Source: Candidatus Undinarchaeales archaeon
GTDB taxonomy: Archaea > SpSt-1190 > JASMDC01
Direction of reading: 5' to 3'
Length of the DNA stretch: 26,847 nt
Assembly (NCBI GenBank): GCA_030753015.1
Contig: JASMDC010000047.1
Coordinates: 1 to 26,847 of the forward strand
Both the position numbers and the translations under genes were made by a program. Each line of letters begins with the position of its first letter. Within the stretch, counting starts at the first letter, position 1. A model generated the notes under the pieces. That model was not told where the DNA came from. It saw only the letters and a list, made by a program, of their open reading frames with translations, and did no database searches. Positions 8,020-17,032 of the stretch are shown here, piece by piece.

Positions 8020-8961
8020 TTACAACTTCAATTTCTCGCGCAGGTAGCCTGAGAGCATGATGCCCCCGTACTCAACGAGATTGACAGCACCGGCCGCCGG
8101 GTCGGCCGGAAGCCGAGCAAGGCTCTCAGCGAGCGCAGCACCTGACCCTACGGCCGTCTCTACGGGCTGGTGACGAGCGCGGGAGATGGAGGATGCGATG
8201 GACGAGCCGATGACCGTTGGGCTCGCATGACCCAGGGAGAACAAGGCGTAGAACGTAAGGGCGCTGAAAAGGGTTGCACCCGCTCCCTTCGCGAGCTCCG
8301 AATACCAGTGATGCTCCTCCGGTCCGCGGTCCATGTCATCCTCGGGGAGCGAGGGGACCAGGTCCAGTGCGAGCGTGTCTGTCGCTGTATCGGTGGGGAT
8401 CTCAGCATCTTCGCTCTCATCCTCCTTCTTTCTGAACAGTCGCTCCTTGAGCGAGCGGTAACCGTCCGCGATGGCATGTCCCGCCTTGGCCACTGGCGGA
8501 GCATATCGCTCGATGGCCTCGCCGGCCTTGTGGTACACTCTCGCTAACGGTTCCTTAAGATGCTCCTCGAAATATGGTCGGGCGTAACATGCTCCCAGGA
8601 CGACGGCGTATTCCCCGAGGCACTCGGCCGCCCCGATGAAGTTACCAGAAGCAGCGAGCGCACCAACCGCTCCCAGCTCAAGTGCGACCGAACCAGCAAG
8701 TCGCGCGTAGTTCTTTGTGTGGAGCGAGTAGGAAGAATCGATGGCAGCAGCGATAGAAACAGGCCAAAGGGGATTGTATGGGGTGTGTGCAGTTGCCGCC
8801 ACGTAACCTGCCAGGATCCCCGCATAATAACCGGTGCGAAGTGTTCCCTCGGCAAGATCACGTTCCAGGTCGCTTGCTCCGGGGAGATCCTCCGAGAGTG
8901 CGGTCCCGTCAGAAGAGAACGACTCTTCAAGGACCGCAGTGTGATCTTCCACCTCGTACAC
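8020..8961 (-). CDS. Hypothetical membrane protein with internal duplication
   Basis: Two hydrophobic Ala/Gly-rich blocks separated by an acidic linker; GTG start with TATAAAAA about 25-32 nt upstream. Confidence 0.65.
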   Translation of the reverse strand: MYEVEDHTAVLEESFSSDGTALSEDLPGASDLERDLAEGTLRTGYYAGILAGYVAATAHTPYNPLWPVSIAAAIDSSYSLHTKNYARLAGSVALELGAVGALAASGNFIGAAECLGEYAVVLGACYARPYFEEHLKEPLARVYHKAGEAIERYAPPVAKAGHAIADGYRSLKERLFRKKEDESEDAEIPTDTATDTLALDLVPSLPEDDMDRGPEEHHWYSELAKGAGATLFSALTFYALFSLGHASPTVIGSSIASSISRARHQPVETAVGSGAALAESLARLPADPAAGAVNLVEYGGIMLSGYLREKLKL

Positions 8962-9049
8962 GTTGGACGCTCGCCTTGCCCCGCCTTTTTATACATTCTC
9001 TTGATTCGACTGATATACCAGGGACCGTATGAGTGCTATTGTACGGTGC

Positions 9050-10789
9050 TCAATCCTTCTCACTGAACACGACCGCGCGGTAGGTCTCCACTATCGTGCT
9101 CCGGTCGCGCCAGCAGTCGGGCAACGAGCCATGCTTCGTGCAGAGCCGAGAGAGGAAGTCCTCCTTGTTCGGGAGCTGCTCCCATACCTGTGGGAGGTAG
9201 GTACTGCGGCCGATGCGTGTGGAGAGCACCACGCCGTGGACGTTCGGCTCGAGTTTTGCAAGAAGGTCTTCTGGCGAGCCGTACTTCAGCACCTCTGGAG
9301 GAGTGAGCACTGATACCTCCACGTCGATAGCCATTAGTTCATTGGTGGCCACCGGATTGAACCTCGGGTCATTGCGGGCTGCGTTCACGGCATTACCGAG
9401 CACGCACTTGATGAGCGAACGCTCGGGAATGATGTCGCCGATGCACCCTCGAAGGTCACCATACATATTGAGCGTGACGAAACACCCTCGATCGGCAGTG
9501 AGGCGCTCTGAGAGAGTGACATCTTCGAAAACCCTTTCTGCCATTGAACCTCCATTGACCGCGTCCTCAACCTTGGCCCGTGCCAGGCGAAGGAGGAAGT
9601 CCTTCTCTTCATTGGTGACAACGTCATCGTCGCTTTCAACGACCTTTCGGGAGATGGCTGCAGAGAGGTAGCCTACCACACTGCTCGTGTCACGGCTGGC
9701 ATCGCCAGAGTCCCCGTGCTTGAGTATGATGGATGTGTCAGCGCCAAGGAGCTTTGAGGCCCTGAGGACCGCAGCACTGGGACCTCCGCCGCACATGCTG
9801 CAGGCCTCGGTACCGAGATCGAGCAGAAGACGCTCGTCATCGAGCTGCTCGATGGATGCCATGCACGTCCGGTCCAAAGCGCCCCCCCGCTCCCGGGAGA
9901 GGTAGTGGGAGAGGTCCGTGGAGGCCACAACGAGCACATCATCCCTACCATCCAGGGTTGCAGCGAGTGCCTTGGCGAGGATGTCCACGTTGCGTTCAGA
10001 ATGCTCGCCCATAACGATGGGGACAAGGAGGAACTCACCGAGCATTGCCTGGAGGAACGGGAGCTGTACCTCGAGCGAGTGCTCCTGGACATGTGCAGCG
10101 GCCTCGTACCCGATGGCCTCGTGATGCCCGGCGATAGCCGCGGCGAGCTCCATATCTATCTCGATGACACCGAGCGGAGTGCGGTATCGTTGGTGGTCAT
10201 TGACGGAGATCCCCGGGAACCAATGACGGTGAGAGGGTGCGACGACCACTACGGATGTATAGCTCTTACCCTCTAGCAATGAATAACCGTATCCCGCGAC
10301 GGAGCCCGAGTAGACATAGCCCGCATGTGGCGAGATGAGCGCGATGAGCTCTCCGGGTACATCGGCGGGAACGGCCGCATCAAGGTGCTTACGTACAGAT
10401 GCACGTAGTTCGTCCGCGTCCCTGGGGTAGAACGTCCCTGCTACGGCTGGCGTGCGGACCGCAGTCGGTTGGAGGATGGTCGGTAAGGGAGCTGCCACGA
10501 TGGCGGTAGGCGATGGTTCCACGCTCGACGTACAGAAGTGCTCGGTGCCACACAGCAGCCCGTCGGGGCAGTGGGCATCCGAACCACAACAGGACCTCCC
10601 TACTTCGCAGCACACTCCGTAACGACAGTTACCGCCGGAACAATCAGATGATGACGAGCAAGACGATCCATCGGTGAGCCCCGTAACTCCATCCTGATGA
10701 AGGCAGCCGGTAACGAGTATAGCGACGGATAGGATGACTATGAGAACGCTCATTCTGCTCGCATGCGCAGGAACGTTCGGCGAGGTCAT
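9050..10789 (-). CDS. amrB: AmmeMemoRadiSam protein B (MEMO1) / protein A (AMMECR1) fusion with lipoprotein signal and Cys-rich domain
   Basis: MEMO motifs RTPAVAGTFYP, SPHAGYVYSG, EHSLEVQLPFLQ, ASTDLSHY, MCGGGP, VVGY; AMMECR1 motifs RGCFVTL, LRGCIG, DPRF, EVSVLT, YLPQVWEQ; N-terminal LVTGC lipobox. Confidence 0.93.
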   Translation of the reverse strand: MTSPNVPAHASRMSVLIVILSVAILVTGCLHQDGVTGLTDGSSCSSSSDCSGGNCRYGVCCEVGRSCCGSDAHCPDGLLCGTEHFCTSSVEPSPTAIVAAPLPTILQPTAVRTPAVAGTFYPRDADELRASVRKHLDAAVPADVPGELIALISPHAGYVYSGSVAGYGYSLLEGKSYTSVVVVAPSHRHWFPGISVNDHQRYRTPLGVIEIDMELAAAIAGHHEAIGYEAAAHVQEHSLEVQLPFLQAMLGEFLLVPIVMGEHSERNVDILAKALAATLDGRDDVLVVASTDLSHYLSRERGGALDRTCMASIEQLDDERLLLDLGTEACSMCGGGPSAAVLRASKLLGADTSIILKHGDSGDASRDTSSVVGYLSAAISRKVVESDDDVVTNEEKDFLLRLARAKVEDAVNGGSMAERVFEDVTLSERLTADRGCFVTLNMYGDLRGCIGDIIPERSLIKCVLGNAVNAARNDPRFNPVATNELMAIDVEVSVLTPPEVLKYGSPEDLLAKLEPNVHGVVLSTRIGRSTYLPQVWEQLPNKEDFLSRLCTKHGSLPDCWRDRSTIVETYRAVVFSEKD

Positions 10790-10804
10790 GAGAGGGAAAT
10801 GATG

Positions 10805-10847
10805 TAAAAGAGATAAAAGGAGATCGGCGCCCTTAGACGCCGATCTC
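10805..10847 (-). terminator. Hairpin plus U-tract at the end of the ribosomal operon
   Basis: Perfect 10-bp inverted repeat GAGATCGGCG/CGCCGATCTC (10820-10829, 10838-10847), followed on the minus strand by CTTTTATCTCTTTTA. Confidence 0.7.
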
Positions 10848-11141
10848 TATCTCGATGTTCGCGCCTTCGGGGATGTTCACCCGCATGATATGGCGCATGG
10901 CACGCTCGTCCACATCGATATCGATGATCCGCTTGTGGACGCGCATCTCCCAACGTTCCCAGGTGGCCTTGCCCTCCCCGTCAGGCGACTTTCGCGTGGT
11001 TACGATGAGTCGCTGTGTAGGGAGGGGGATTGGTCCCGCCATGTGGGTTCCAGTTCGCTCGGCAATCTGAGCGATCTGCATGCAGATCTTCTCCAGCTTC
11101 TTTGGATCTGTGCTCTTGAGCTTTATCCTCGCCTTCTGCAT
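10833..11141 (-). CDS. rpsJ: 30S ribosomal protein S10 (uS10)
   Basis: [38 protein letters not shown]; follows EF-1alpha. Confidence 0.98.
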   Translation of the reverse strand: MQKARIKLKSTDPKKLEKICMQIAQIAERTGTHMAGPIPLPTQRLIVTTRKSPDGEGKATWERWEMRVHKRIIDIDVDERAMRHIMRVNIPEGANIEIEIGV

Positions 11142-11171
11142 GCTAATCACTCACCCGGGACGTTCGTCCCT

Positions 11172-12434
11172 TTACTTCTCCAAGATGTCGATGACCATTC
11201 CGGCGGCCACTGTGCGGCCCATGTCCCGGATGGCGAAGCGGCCCATGGGCGGGATATCCTTGGCTCGCTCGATGACCATCGGCCTAGTGGGCATTATCTT
11301 GACGAGGGCAGCATCCCCGGTCTTGACGTAATCGGGGTTCTTCTCGACCTCTTGGCCGGTCTTGGGGTCCAGCTTGGAGATGATTTCCTCGATCTTGCAC
11401 GCTGTCTGGGATGTGTGGGCGTGGAAGACAGGCGTGTAGCCCTTCGTCATGACCGTGGGGTGGTCCAGGACGATGATCCTTGCGGAGAACATCTTGGCCA
11501 CGGTTGGCGGGTCGCCATCATGACCGATCACGTCGCCGCGGCGAATATCCTTCTTACCGAGACCGCGGACATTGAACCCGACGTTGTCTCCGGGCTCGGC
11601 CTTGGGCAGCTGCTCGTGGTGCATCTCGATGGTCTTGATCTCGCCCGTCGCGCCGGAGGGGGAGACGACGATCTTATCGCCAGGCTTCATGACGCCGGTC
11701 TCGACGCGGCCTACGGGCACAGTACCAACACCGGTGATGGTGAACACGTCCTGAATGGGAAGACGAAGGGGAAGGCCCGTCGGCTTGTCCGGTGGCACGA
11801 ACTCGTTGATGGCTTCCACGAGGATGGGTCCCTTGTACCAGTCCATGTTCTCGCTCTTCTTCACGACGTTCTCGCCGGTCAGTGAGGAGCCGGGGATGAA
11901 CTTCATCTCGCTCGGCTTGAAGCCGACCATCTGGAGGAACTTGGACAGCTGCTCCTTGACGGCATTGAACTTGGCCTCGTCGTATTTCACGGCATCCATC
12001 TTGTTGACGTAGAGGATCATCTGGCCGATACCGAGTGTCTTGGCCAGGAACATATGCTCCTTGGTCTGCGCCATCACGCCGTCCTTACAGTCGGTCACCA
12101 GCACGGCACAATCGGCCTGGCTGGCACCGGTGATCATGTTCTTGATGAAGTCCCGGTGACCAGGGGCGTCGATGATAGTGTAGTAGTACTTGTCGGTCTC
12201 GAACTTCTCGTGCATGAGGTCGATGGTGAGACCGCGCTCGCGCTCTTCCTTAAGTCGGTCCATGACGAAGGCAAGCTCGAAGGTCTCTTTACCGACCTGC
12301 TTGGCCATTTCCTTGAGCTTCTTCATCTTCTGTTCGCTCACGATCCCGGAATCATAGAGGATCCGGCCGACCGTCGTGGACTTACCATGGTCCACGTGTC
12401 CGATGAACACTAGGTTCATGTGCGGTTTAGCCAT
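11172..12434 (-). CDS. tuf: Translation elongation factor EF-1alpha
   Basis: [38 protein letters not shown]; AGGTGA RBS before ATG 12434. Confidence 0.99.
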   Translation of the reverse strand: MAKPHMNLVFIGHVDHGKSTTVGRILYDSGIVSEQKMKKLKEMAKQVGKETFELAFVMDRLKEERERGLTIDLMHEKFETDKYYYTIIDAPGHRDFIKNMITGASQADCAVLVTDCKDGVMAQTKEHMFLAKTLGIGQMILYVNKMDAVKYDEAKFNAVKEQLSKFLQMVGFKPSEMKFIPGSSLTGENVVKKSENMDWYKGPILVEAINEFVPPDKPTGLPLRLPIQDVFTITGVGTVPVGRVETGVMKPGDKIVVSPSGATGEIKTIEMHHEQLPKAEPGDNVGFNVRGLGKKDIRRGDVIGHDGDPPTVAKMFSARIIVLDHPTVMTKGYTPVFHAHTSQTACKIEEIISKLDPKTGQEVEKNPDYVKTGDAALVKIMPTRPMVIERAKDIPPMGRFAIRDMGRTVAAGMVIDILEK

Positions 12435-12472
12435 AAGTATCACCTGCTGTGGTGCTGGCCTCTGACTTCAAA

Positions 12473-12480
12473 CTTATAAA
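12473..12480 (-). promoter_or_regulatory. Candidate internal TATA box for tuf-rpsJ
   Basis: TTTATAAG on the minus strand about 40 nt upstream of the tuf ATG, within the 182-bp fusA-tuf gap. Confidence 0.55.
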
Positions 12481-12573
12481 CATTTCCACGAGGGGCCATC
12501 GCGGTCTCCCGTTTCTCGATAGAACTAACAATGCTCTTGCATGGGATCCTCAGAAATCCAAAACAGCTCCCTC

Positions 12574-12606
12574 GTGGAGGGGACGGGCCTTCCCGCCCCC
12601 GTCCAC
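12574..12606 (-). terminator. GC-rich hairpin downstream of EF-2 (terminator or RNA-stability element)
   Basis: Minus strand GTGGA-C-GGGGGCGGG-AAGG-CCCGTCCCC-TCCAC, 10 nt after the stop, with TGTTTTGGATTT shortly downstream. Confidence 0.55.
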
Positions 12607-12616
12607 AATGGATTTT

Positions 12617-14800
12617 CTAATACACGCCGCCAGGGATTTCAGCCTTCATGCCCTTGCGCTTGCGGATCTCCAGGATCGTCTTCTTCTGGAGCTCGCGGGG
12701 CAATCGCTCGAAGTGCGAGTCGATGAGCGACCAGTGACCTCGCCCGGTCGTACCGGAGCGCACGTCGGCTGTGAATCCGAACATGTCGGCCACGGGCATC
12801 TTCGCCCTGATGATCATCATGGTGCCTTCGTGCTCCATGTCCAGGATCTGGCCTCGGCGTCCCTGGATGAGCTTGGAGACCTCACCCATGTAATCCTCCG
12901 GTGTATCGACGCGGATGATCTGACGTGGTTCCAGGAGGTAGGGATCAGCGTTGAGGAATGCGGTCTTGATACCACCACGGACGGCGGGGATGATCTGACC
13001 GGGGCCGCGGTGGATGGCGTCCTCGTGAAGCTTGCAGTCGTAGAGCTTGACCAGCACGTTGATAGCCTTCTCGTTGGCAAGCGGCGGTGTGTCCAACGCC
13101 TCATGGAATCCATCGACGATCAGCTCGATGATCTCGTGGAGGGCCACGACACCGCGCGTGAGGTCGATGAACATCGATCGGTTGTAGATGTCCCTGATCT
13201 TCTTTGCCTCGTCGCGGTCCATGCCCGCGTCCACCAGGGTCTGGGTGAGCTCGTTGTCCTTGGACTTCACTCGCCTCTCCGAGACGAATCCGTCGTCGAT
13301 GGCCTTGAGCACGCTCTCCGACATGGGCTCGACGGTCATGTAGAACTTGTTGTGCTTGTTGGGCGACTTACCCTCGACCTGTGGCGACTGCTTTCCGACA
13401 CCCTCGTGGTATACGACGATCGGGGCTGAGGTCTCGATCTCGATGCCCTGCTCGTTCTTGATGCGGTACTCCCATATGTCCAAGTGGAGCTCGCCCAGTC
13501 CCGAGAGCAGGTGCTCTCCGGTCTCGGGATTGATCTCGACCTTGAGGGTGGGATCCTCTCGGGAGATGCGACGCAGGACCTCGATGAGCTTGGGGAGATC
13601 GCGCATCTGCTTGGCCTCGATGGCCTTTGTGACCACGGGCTCGAAGATGTGCTTGATGGCCTCGAAGGGCTCGGTGTCGTCCTTATCGGTGATGGTTTCG
13701 CCAGAGTTGGACGAGCGAAGGCCCACGATAGCCACGATGTTACCGGCGGGCACTTCATCTACGGGGAAGCGCTGGGGTCCCTTGTACACACCCACCTGCT
13801 GGATGCGCTCGGTCTTGTCAACGCCGAGCAGCTTGACCGTCATACCCTTCTTCAGTACACCGGAGAAGACACGTCCTGTGGACACGTCGCCAGCGTGTGG
13901 ATCATTGGTGATCCGAACTATCACCGCGATAGCGGGGCCCTCAGGATCGCAGGAGAGCAGGTGCTTGCCGTCCGGGGAATCGAGCTCACCAGGCCACAGG
14001 CGCGGGATGCGGAACTGCTGTGCGACAATGGGGTTGGGAAGGTGCCGCACTACCATGTTGAGCACGACGTCGGAGAGCGGCGCCAGCTTGATCAGTTCCT
14101 CCTTCTTATCCTGTTTGTACATGTCCGTGATGTCCGAGAACTTCCGGCCGTAGGCCTGCATGTAGGGGATGGAGAGACCCCAGTTGTGGTAGGCCGAGCC
14201 GAACGCGACTGAACCGTCAGCCACATTGACCGTCCATTCGTCCTTCTTTTCCTTGGGAGCGAAGGCGCGGATGAGATTGTTGACATCCTTGACGATCTTT
14301 ACGATACGCTCCTGGATCTTCTCCGGGGGTAGCTTGAGCTCGTTAACGAGCCGGTCGACCTTGTTGATGAAGAGCACAGGCTTGCACCGGTCCTTCATGG
14401 CCTGTCTGAGCACTGTCTCCGTCTGAGGCATGACCCCCTCCACGGCACAGGCCAGCACGATGGCCCCGTCAACGGCCCGAAGGGCACGTGTGACGTCGCC
14501 ACCAAAGTCCACGTGACCTGGTGTATCGATGAGGTTGATGAGGTAATCCTGCCCTTCGATCGAGTGGACCATTGAGACGCTGGCCGAGTTGATGGTGATG
14601 CCGCGCGCCTGCTCCTGGTCGTCGAAGTCCAAGAAGAGCTGTTGACCCGCCAGTTCCTCGGAGATCATCCCAGCCCCTGCAAGAAGGTTGTCCGAGAACG
14701 TGGTCTTCCCGTGATCGATATGCGCGATCGTGCAGATGTTACGGATCTGCTTCTGCTTCTTCATCAGTTCGAGGATTTGGTCAACCTTATTTTTACCCAT
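12617..14800 (-). CDS. fusA: Translation elongation factor EF-2
   Basis: AHIDHGKTT, RGITI, DTPGHVDF, NKVD, diphthamide loop HEDAIHRGPGQ. Confidence 0.99.
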   Translation of the reverse strand: MGKNKVDQILELMKKQKQIRNICTIAHIDHGKTTFSDNLLAGAGMISEELAGQQLFLDFDDQEQARGITINSASVSMVHSIEGQDYLINLIDTPGHVDFGGDVTRALRAVDGAIVLACAVEGVMPQTETVLRQAMKDRCKPVLFINKVDRLVNELKLPPEKIQERIVKIVKDVNNLIRAFAPKEKKDEWTVNVADGSVAFGSAYHNWGLSIPYMQAYGRKFSDITDMYKQDKKEELIKLAPLSDVVLNMVVRHLPNPIVAQQFRIPRLWPGELDSPDGKHLLSCDPEGPAIAVIVRITNDPHAGDVSTGRVFSGVLKKGMTVKLLGVDKTERIQQVGVYKGPQRFPVDEVPAGNIVAIVGLRSSNSGETITDKDDTEPFEAIKHIFEPVVTKAIEAKQMRDLPKLIEVLRRISREDPTLKVEINPETGEHLLSGLGELHLDIWEYRIKNEQGIEIETSAPIVVYHEGVGKQSPQVEGKSPNKHNKFYMTVEPMSESVLKAIDDGFVSERRVKSKDNELTQTLVDAGMDRDEAKKIRDIYNRSMFIDLTRGVVALHEIIELIVDGFHEALDTPPLANEKAINVLVKLYDCKLHEDAIHRGPGQIIPAVRGGIKTAFLNADPYLLEPRQIIRVDTPEDYMGEVSKLIQGRRGQILDMEHEGTMMIIRAKMPVADMFGFTADVRSGTTGRGHWSLIDSHFERLPRELQKKTILEIRKRKGMKAEIPGGVY

Positions 14801-14837
14801 GTCTTATCAACTCGCGGTGGGGGGGGCAGCTGGTCGC

Positions 14838-15866
14838 TTAATGGGAAGCAGACGCCTGCCGCTCGATGTTCTCCTTCTTGTTAATGGAATAGCACTTGAT
14901 GTCGTTGTTGTACGCTGCGATGAGTTCGTTGGCGATGGCTGACGCGAAGCTCCTCTTCTTGCGGATTGTGTTGTTGAAGGAACCATGGCTCAGGAACCTC
15001 AGGGAAATGTCGACGCGCCGCTGGGGCGAGACGTCCACAGGCTGGGGGCGCCTGACGCCACCGAACACAACAGCGGTGATCTCGCACTTAGGCGCAGCAT
15101 GGATCACTGCCTGGACGAGCACCTCAATGGGATTCTTTTTCGTCTTCTTCTCGATGATGAGGAAGGCATCCTCCATGGCGTTCACGACGATGGCGGCCTT
15201 GCCAGCGTTGATACCTGAGGAGAACTTATGGTGCTTGCCCTCGTGGCCAGTGACACCCATAAGCTTGTTGATGAACCTCTCCACGATGTGCTGCTTGCTC
15301 TTCCAGAACTGCTTGCGCGTGTGTCGACCACCTGACTTGGGGATGAGGATTGGTGTGAGGTTGATATAAGGCCGTAGTCCCGGATCCTCGATCAGGATGC
15401 CCGCGCTGTCCCAGCGCCCATAAAGCTTGATGTCCGAAGGGAATGGTGATGCCGGCTGGGGCTCGACGAGCTTGGGTGCTGATGGCTCTTCCATCCTGGG
15501 CACCGCTGCTTTTTCCACAGGTTCGGCCTTCTTCTTCTCTTCTTTTGGTCCAGCTTTCTCCTCGACGACCTCGGGTTCCTCAGCCTTCTTGGCCTTGGTC
15601 TTCTTCTCGACCTTCTCCTCGACGACCTTGGGTTCCTCGGCCTTGGTCTTCTTCTCGACCTTCTCCTCGGCGACCTTGGGTTCCTCGGCCTTGGTCTTCT
15701 TCTCGACCTTCTCCTCGACGGCCTTGGGTTCCTCAGTCTTCTTGGCCTTGGTGTTCTTCTCCGCGGCAGCCTTCGTGGTCTTGGTCGCTGTCTTCTTGGG
15801 CGCCTTGATCGGAGCGGCAGGAGCCTCCTCCGTAGCAGCCTCGATCTCCTTCTTCTTTGCTGGCAT
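14838..15866 (-). CDS. rpsG: 30S ribosomal protein S7 (uS7) with a K/E-rich N-terminal extension of about 145 aa
   Basis: Core IKLYGRW..DPGL..IVERFINKLM..NPIEVLVQA..VDVSPQRRVD; ATG 15866 has a GGAGGT RBS just inside the end of S12. Confidence 0.97.
   Translation of the reverse strand: MPAKKKEIEAATEEAPAAPIKAPKKTATKTTKAAAEKNTKAKKTEEPKAVEEKVEKKTKAEEPKVAEEKVEKKTKAEEPKVVEEKVEKKTKAKKAEEPEVVEEKAGPKEEKKKAEPVEKAAVPRMEEPSAPKLVEPQPASPFPSDIKLYGRWDSAGILIEDPGLRPYINLTPILIPKSGGRHTRKQFWKSKQHIVERFINKLMGVTGHEGKHHKFSSGINAGKAAIVVNAMEDAFLIIEKKTKKNPIEVLVQAVIHAAPKCEITAVVFGGVRRPQPVDVSPQRRVDISLRFLSHGSFNNTIRKKRSFASAIANELIAAYNNDIKCYSINKKENIERQASASH
15591..15734 (-). repeat. 48-bp coding tandem repeat x3 (EEPKxxEEKVEKKTKA)
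   Basis: Near-identical units start at 15591, 15639 and 15687, with degenerate partial copies on both sides. Confidence 0.92.
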
Positions 15867-15871
15867 GCTCA

Positions 15872-16309
15872 CTACCTCCTACCCTTCTCCTTCTTGCCCT
15901 TGAGGATCTCCTTGAGAGCGATATCGTTGACCTTGCAGACCTGCCAGCGCACGCCGGGGATATCGCCCATAGAGCGCCCCATGCGTCCACCGATGCCTTC
16001 TATAGTGACCTCGTCGTGTTCTTCGATCTGGTTGATAGCACCATCGCCGGGAGCGAAGGCCGTGATCTGCTTACCGTTCTTGATGAGCTGAATGCGAACA
16101 CACTTGCGGATGGCCGAGTTCGGTTGCTTGGCCTCGATACCGACCTTCTCGAGCACGATGCCACGAGCCTGGGATGATCCCTTCAGCGGATCCGTTTTCT
16201 CTTTGAGGTTCAAGTGAGAGCGCTTGAACACGCGATTGTACCATCGGTACTTCCTGTGATGTTCCCTGAGCTTCTTTCCTGCGAAAAGACCGCGAGTTTT
16301 ACGTGCCAT
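15872..16309 (-). CDS. rpsL: 30S ribosomal protein S12 (uS12)
   Basis: [39 protein letters not shown]; alternative start at 16315. Confidence 0.99.
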   Translation of the reverse strand: MARKTRGLFAGKKLREHHRKYRWYNRVFKRSHLNLKEKTDPLKGSSQARGIVLEKVGIEAKQPNSAIRKCVRIQLIKNGKQITAFAPGDGAINQIEEHDEVTIEGIGGRMGRSMGDIPGVRWQVCKVNDIALKEILKGKKEKGRR

Positions 16310-16311
16310 GA

Positions 16312-16752
16312 TCATCTTACCTCGATTAAGTCGAATTCATAATGCCGCCGCATAATTTCCCTGACCTTATTAAGTCTTTCTCCTTGTTTTGCGAGAAGGA
16401 AACGCTTTTCCTTATTTTCAAGAGTGAGATTGACCACTTTCTGACCATCGCTCTTCTCGGATAGATAGACGTTCTGTGGCTTCATGGGACGAAGGAGATT
16501 GCGGATGAACTGGAGTGGATCCTTTGAGTACTCGATGACATCGAGTTCCTTCTCCAGGACCATCTTTACACGTTTGATATTTGCCCCCTTCTTCCCGATT
16601 GCAAGGCCCAAGACCCCTTCGTTCACGATGAATACGAGCTTCGTGCTTTTCCCCTCGAGGAAGCAGTCCTTGACGGTCGCGCCAGTGAGACGCTCGAACA
16701 CGCTGATGTAGCGGATGAGTTCTGCAGTGAGCTTGATCCTTGCACGTGCCAA
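16312..16752 (-). CDS. nusA: Archaeal NusA (KH-domain transcription factor)
   Basis: [31 protein letters not shown]; conserved position; TTG start (16752, or 16758) after GGAGA. Confidence 0.95.
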   Translation of the reverse strand: MARARIKLTAELIRYISVFERLTGATVKDCFLEGKSTKLVFIVNEGVLGLAIGKKGANIKRVKMVLEKELDVIEYSKDPLQFIRNLLRPMKPQNVYLSEKSDGQKVVNLTLENKEKRFLLAKQGERLNKVREIMRRHYEFDLIEVR

Positions 16753-16754
16753 TT

Positions 16755-17030
16755 TCAATCTCCTTTGATGGCGAGGGCGGAGACCGAATAGGGCTTCCTG
16801 CAGAGCTCCCCCAGATCCATGTTATCGCCCGGGTACTCGAAGAGCGGAATCTCGGACAGCTTCGCTGCATGGATGAGGTCGTCCTTACCCTTGCAGTTAT
16901 TCGCAACGACCAACAGTTCGGCCTGGCCGAGCTTCGCAGCTTTCATTGACTTGTCGAGACCCCTGATGATCCGGCCCTCGGCGATGGCTTTCTTGATCGT
17001 ACGTTCGACGTTAGTAGTTGTGAGTTCCAT
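16755..17030 (-). CDS. rpl30e: 50S ribosomal protein L30e (eL30)
   Basis: VVANNC, YPGDNMDLGELCRKPYSVSALAI; lies between rpoA'' and nusA. Confidence 0.95.
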   Translation of the reverse strand: MELTTTNVERTIKKAIAEGRIIRGLDKSMKAAKLGQAELLVVANNCKGKDDLIHAAKLSEIPLFEYPGDNMDLGELCRKPYSVSALAIKGD

Positions 17031-17032
17031 TA

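Noticed and set aside
12574-12606. Hairpin as an archaeal SECIS element
   Set aside because: It lacks the GAA/A internal motif and the upstream EF-2 has no in-frame UGA.
12990-13035. Diphthamide-less EF-2 paralogue
   Set aside because: The HEDAIHRG motif with the target His is intact and the gene is in its canonical position.
10890-14212. Long antisense ORFs (10890..11885, 12449..13429, 13347..14153; also 19639..20568 and similar)
   Set aside because: They are shadows of highly conserved genes on the opposite strand, expected with GC-rich codon bias, and show no recognisable motifs.
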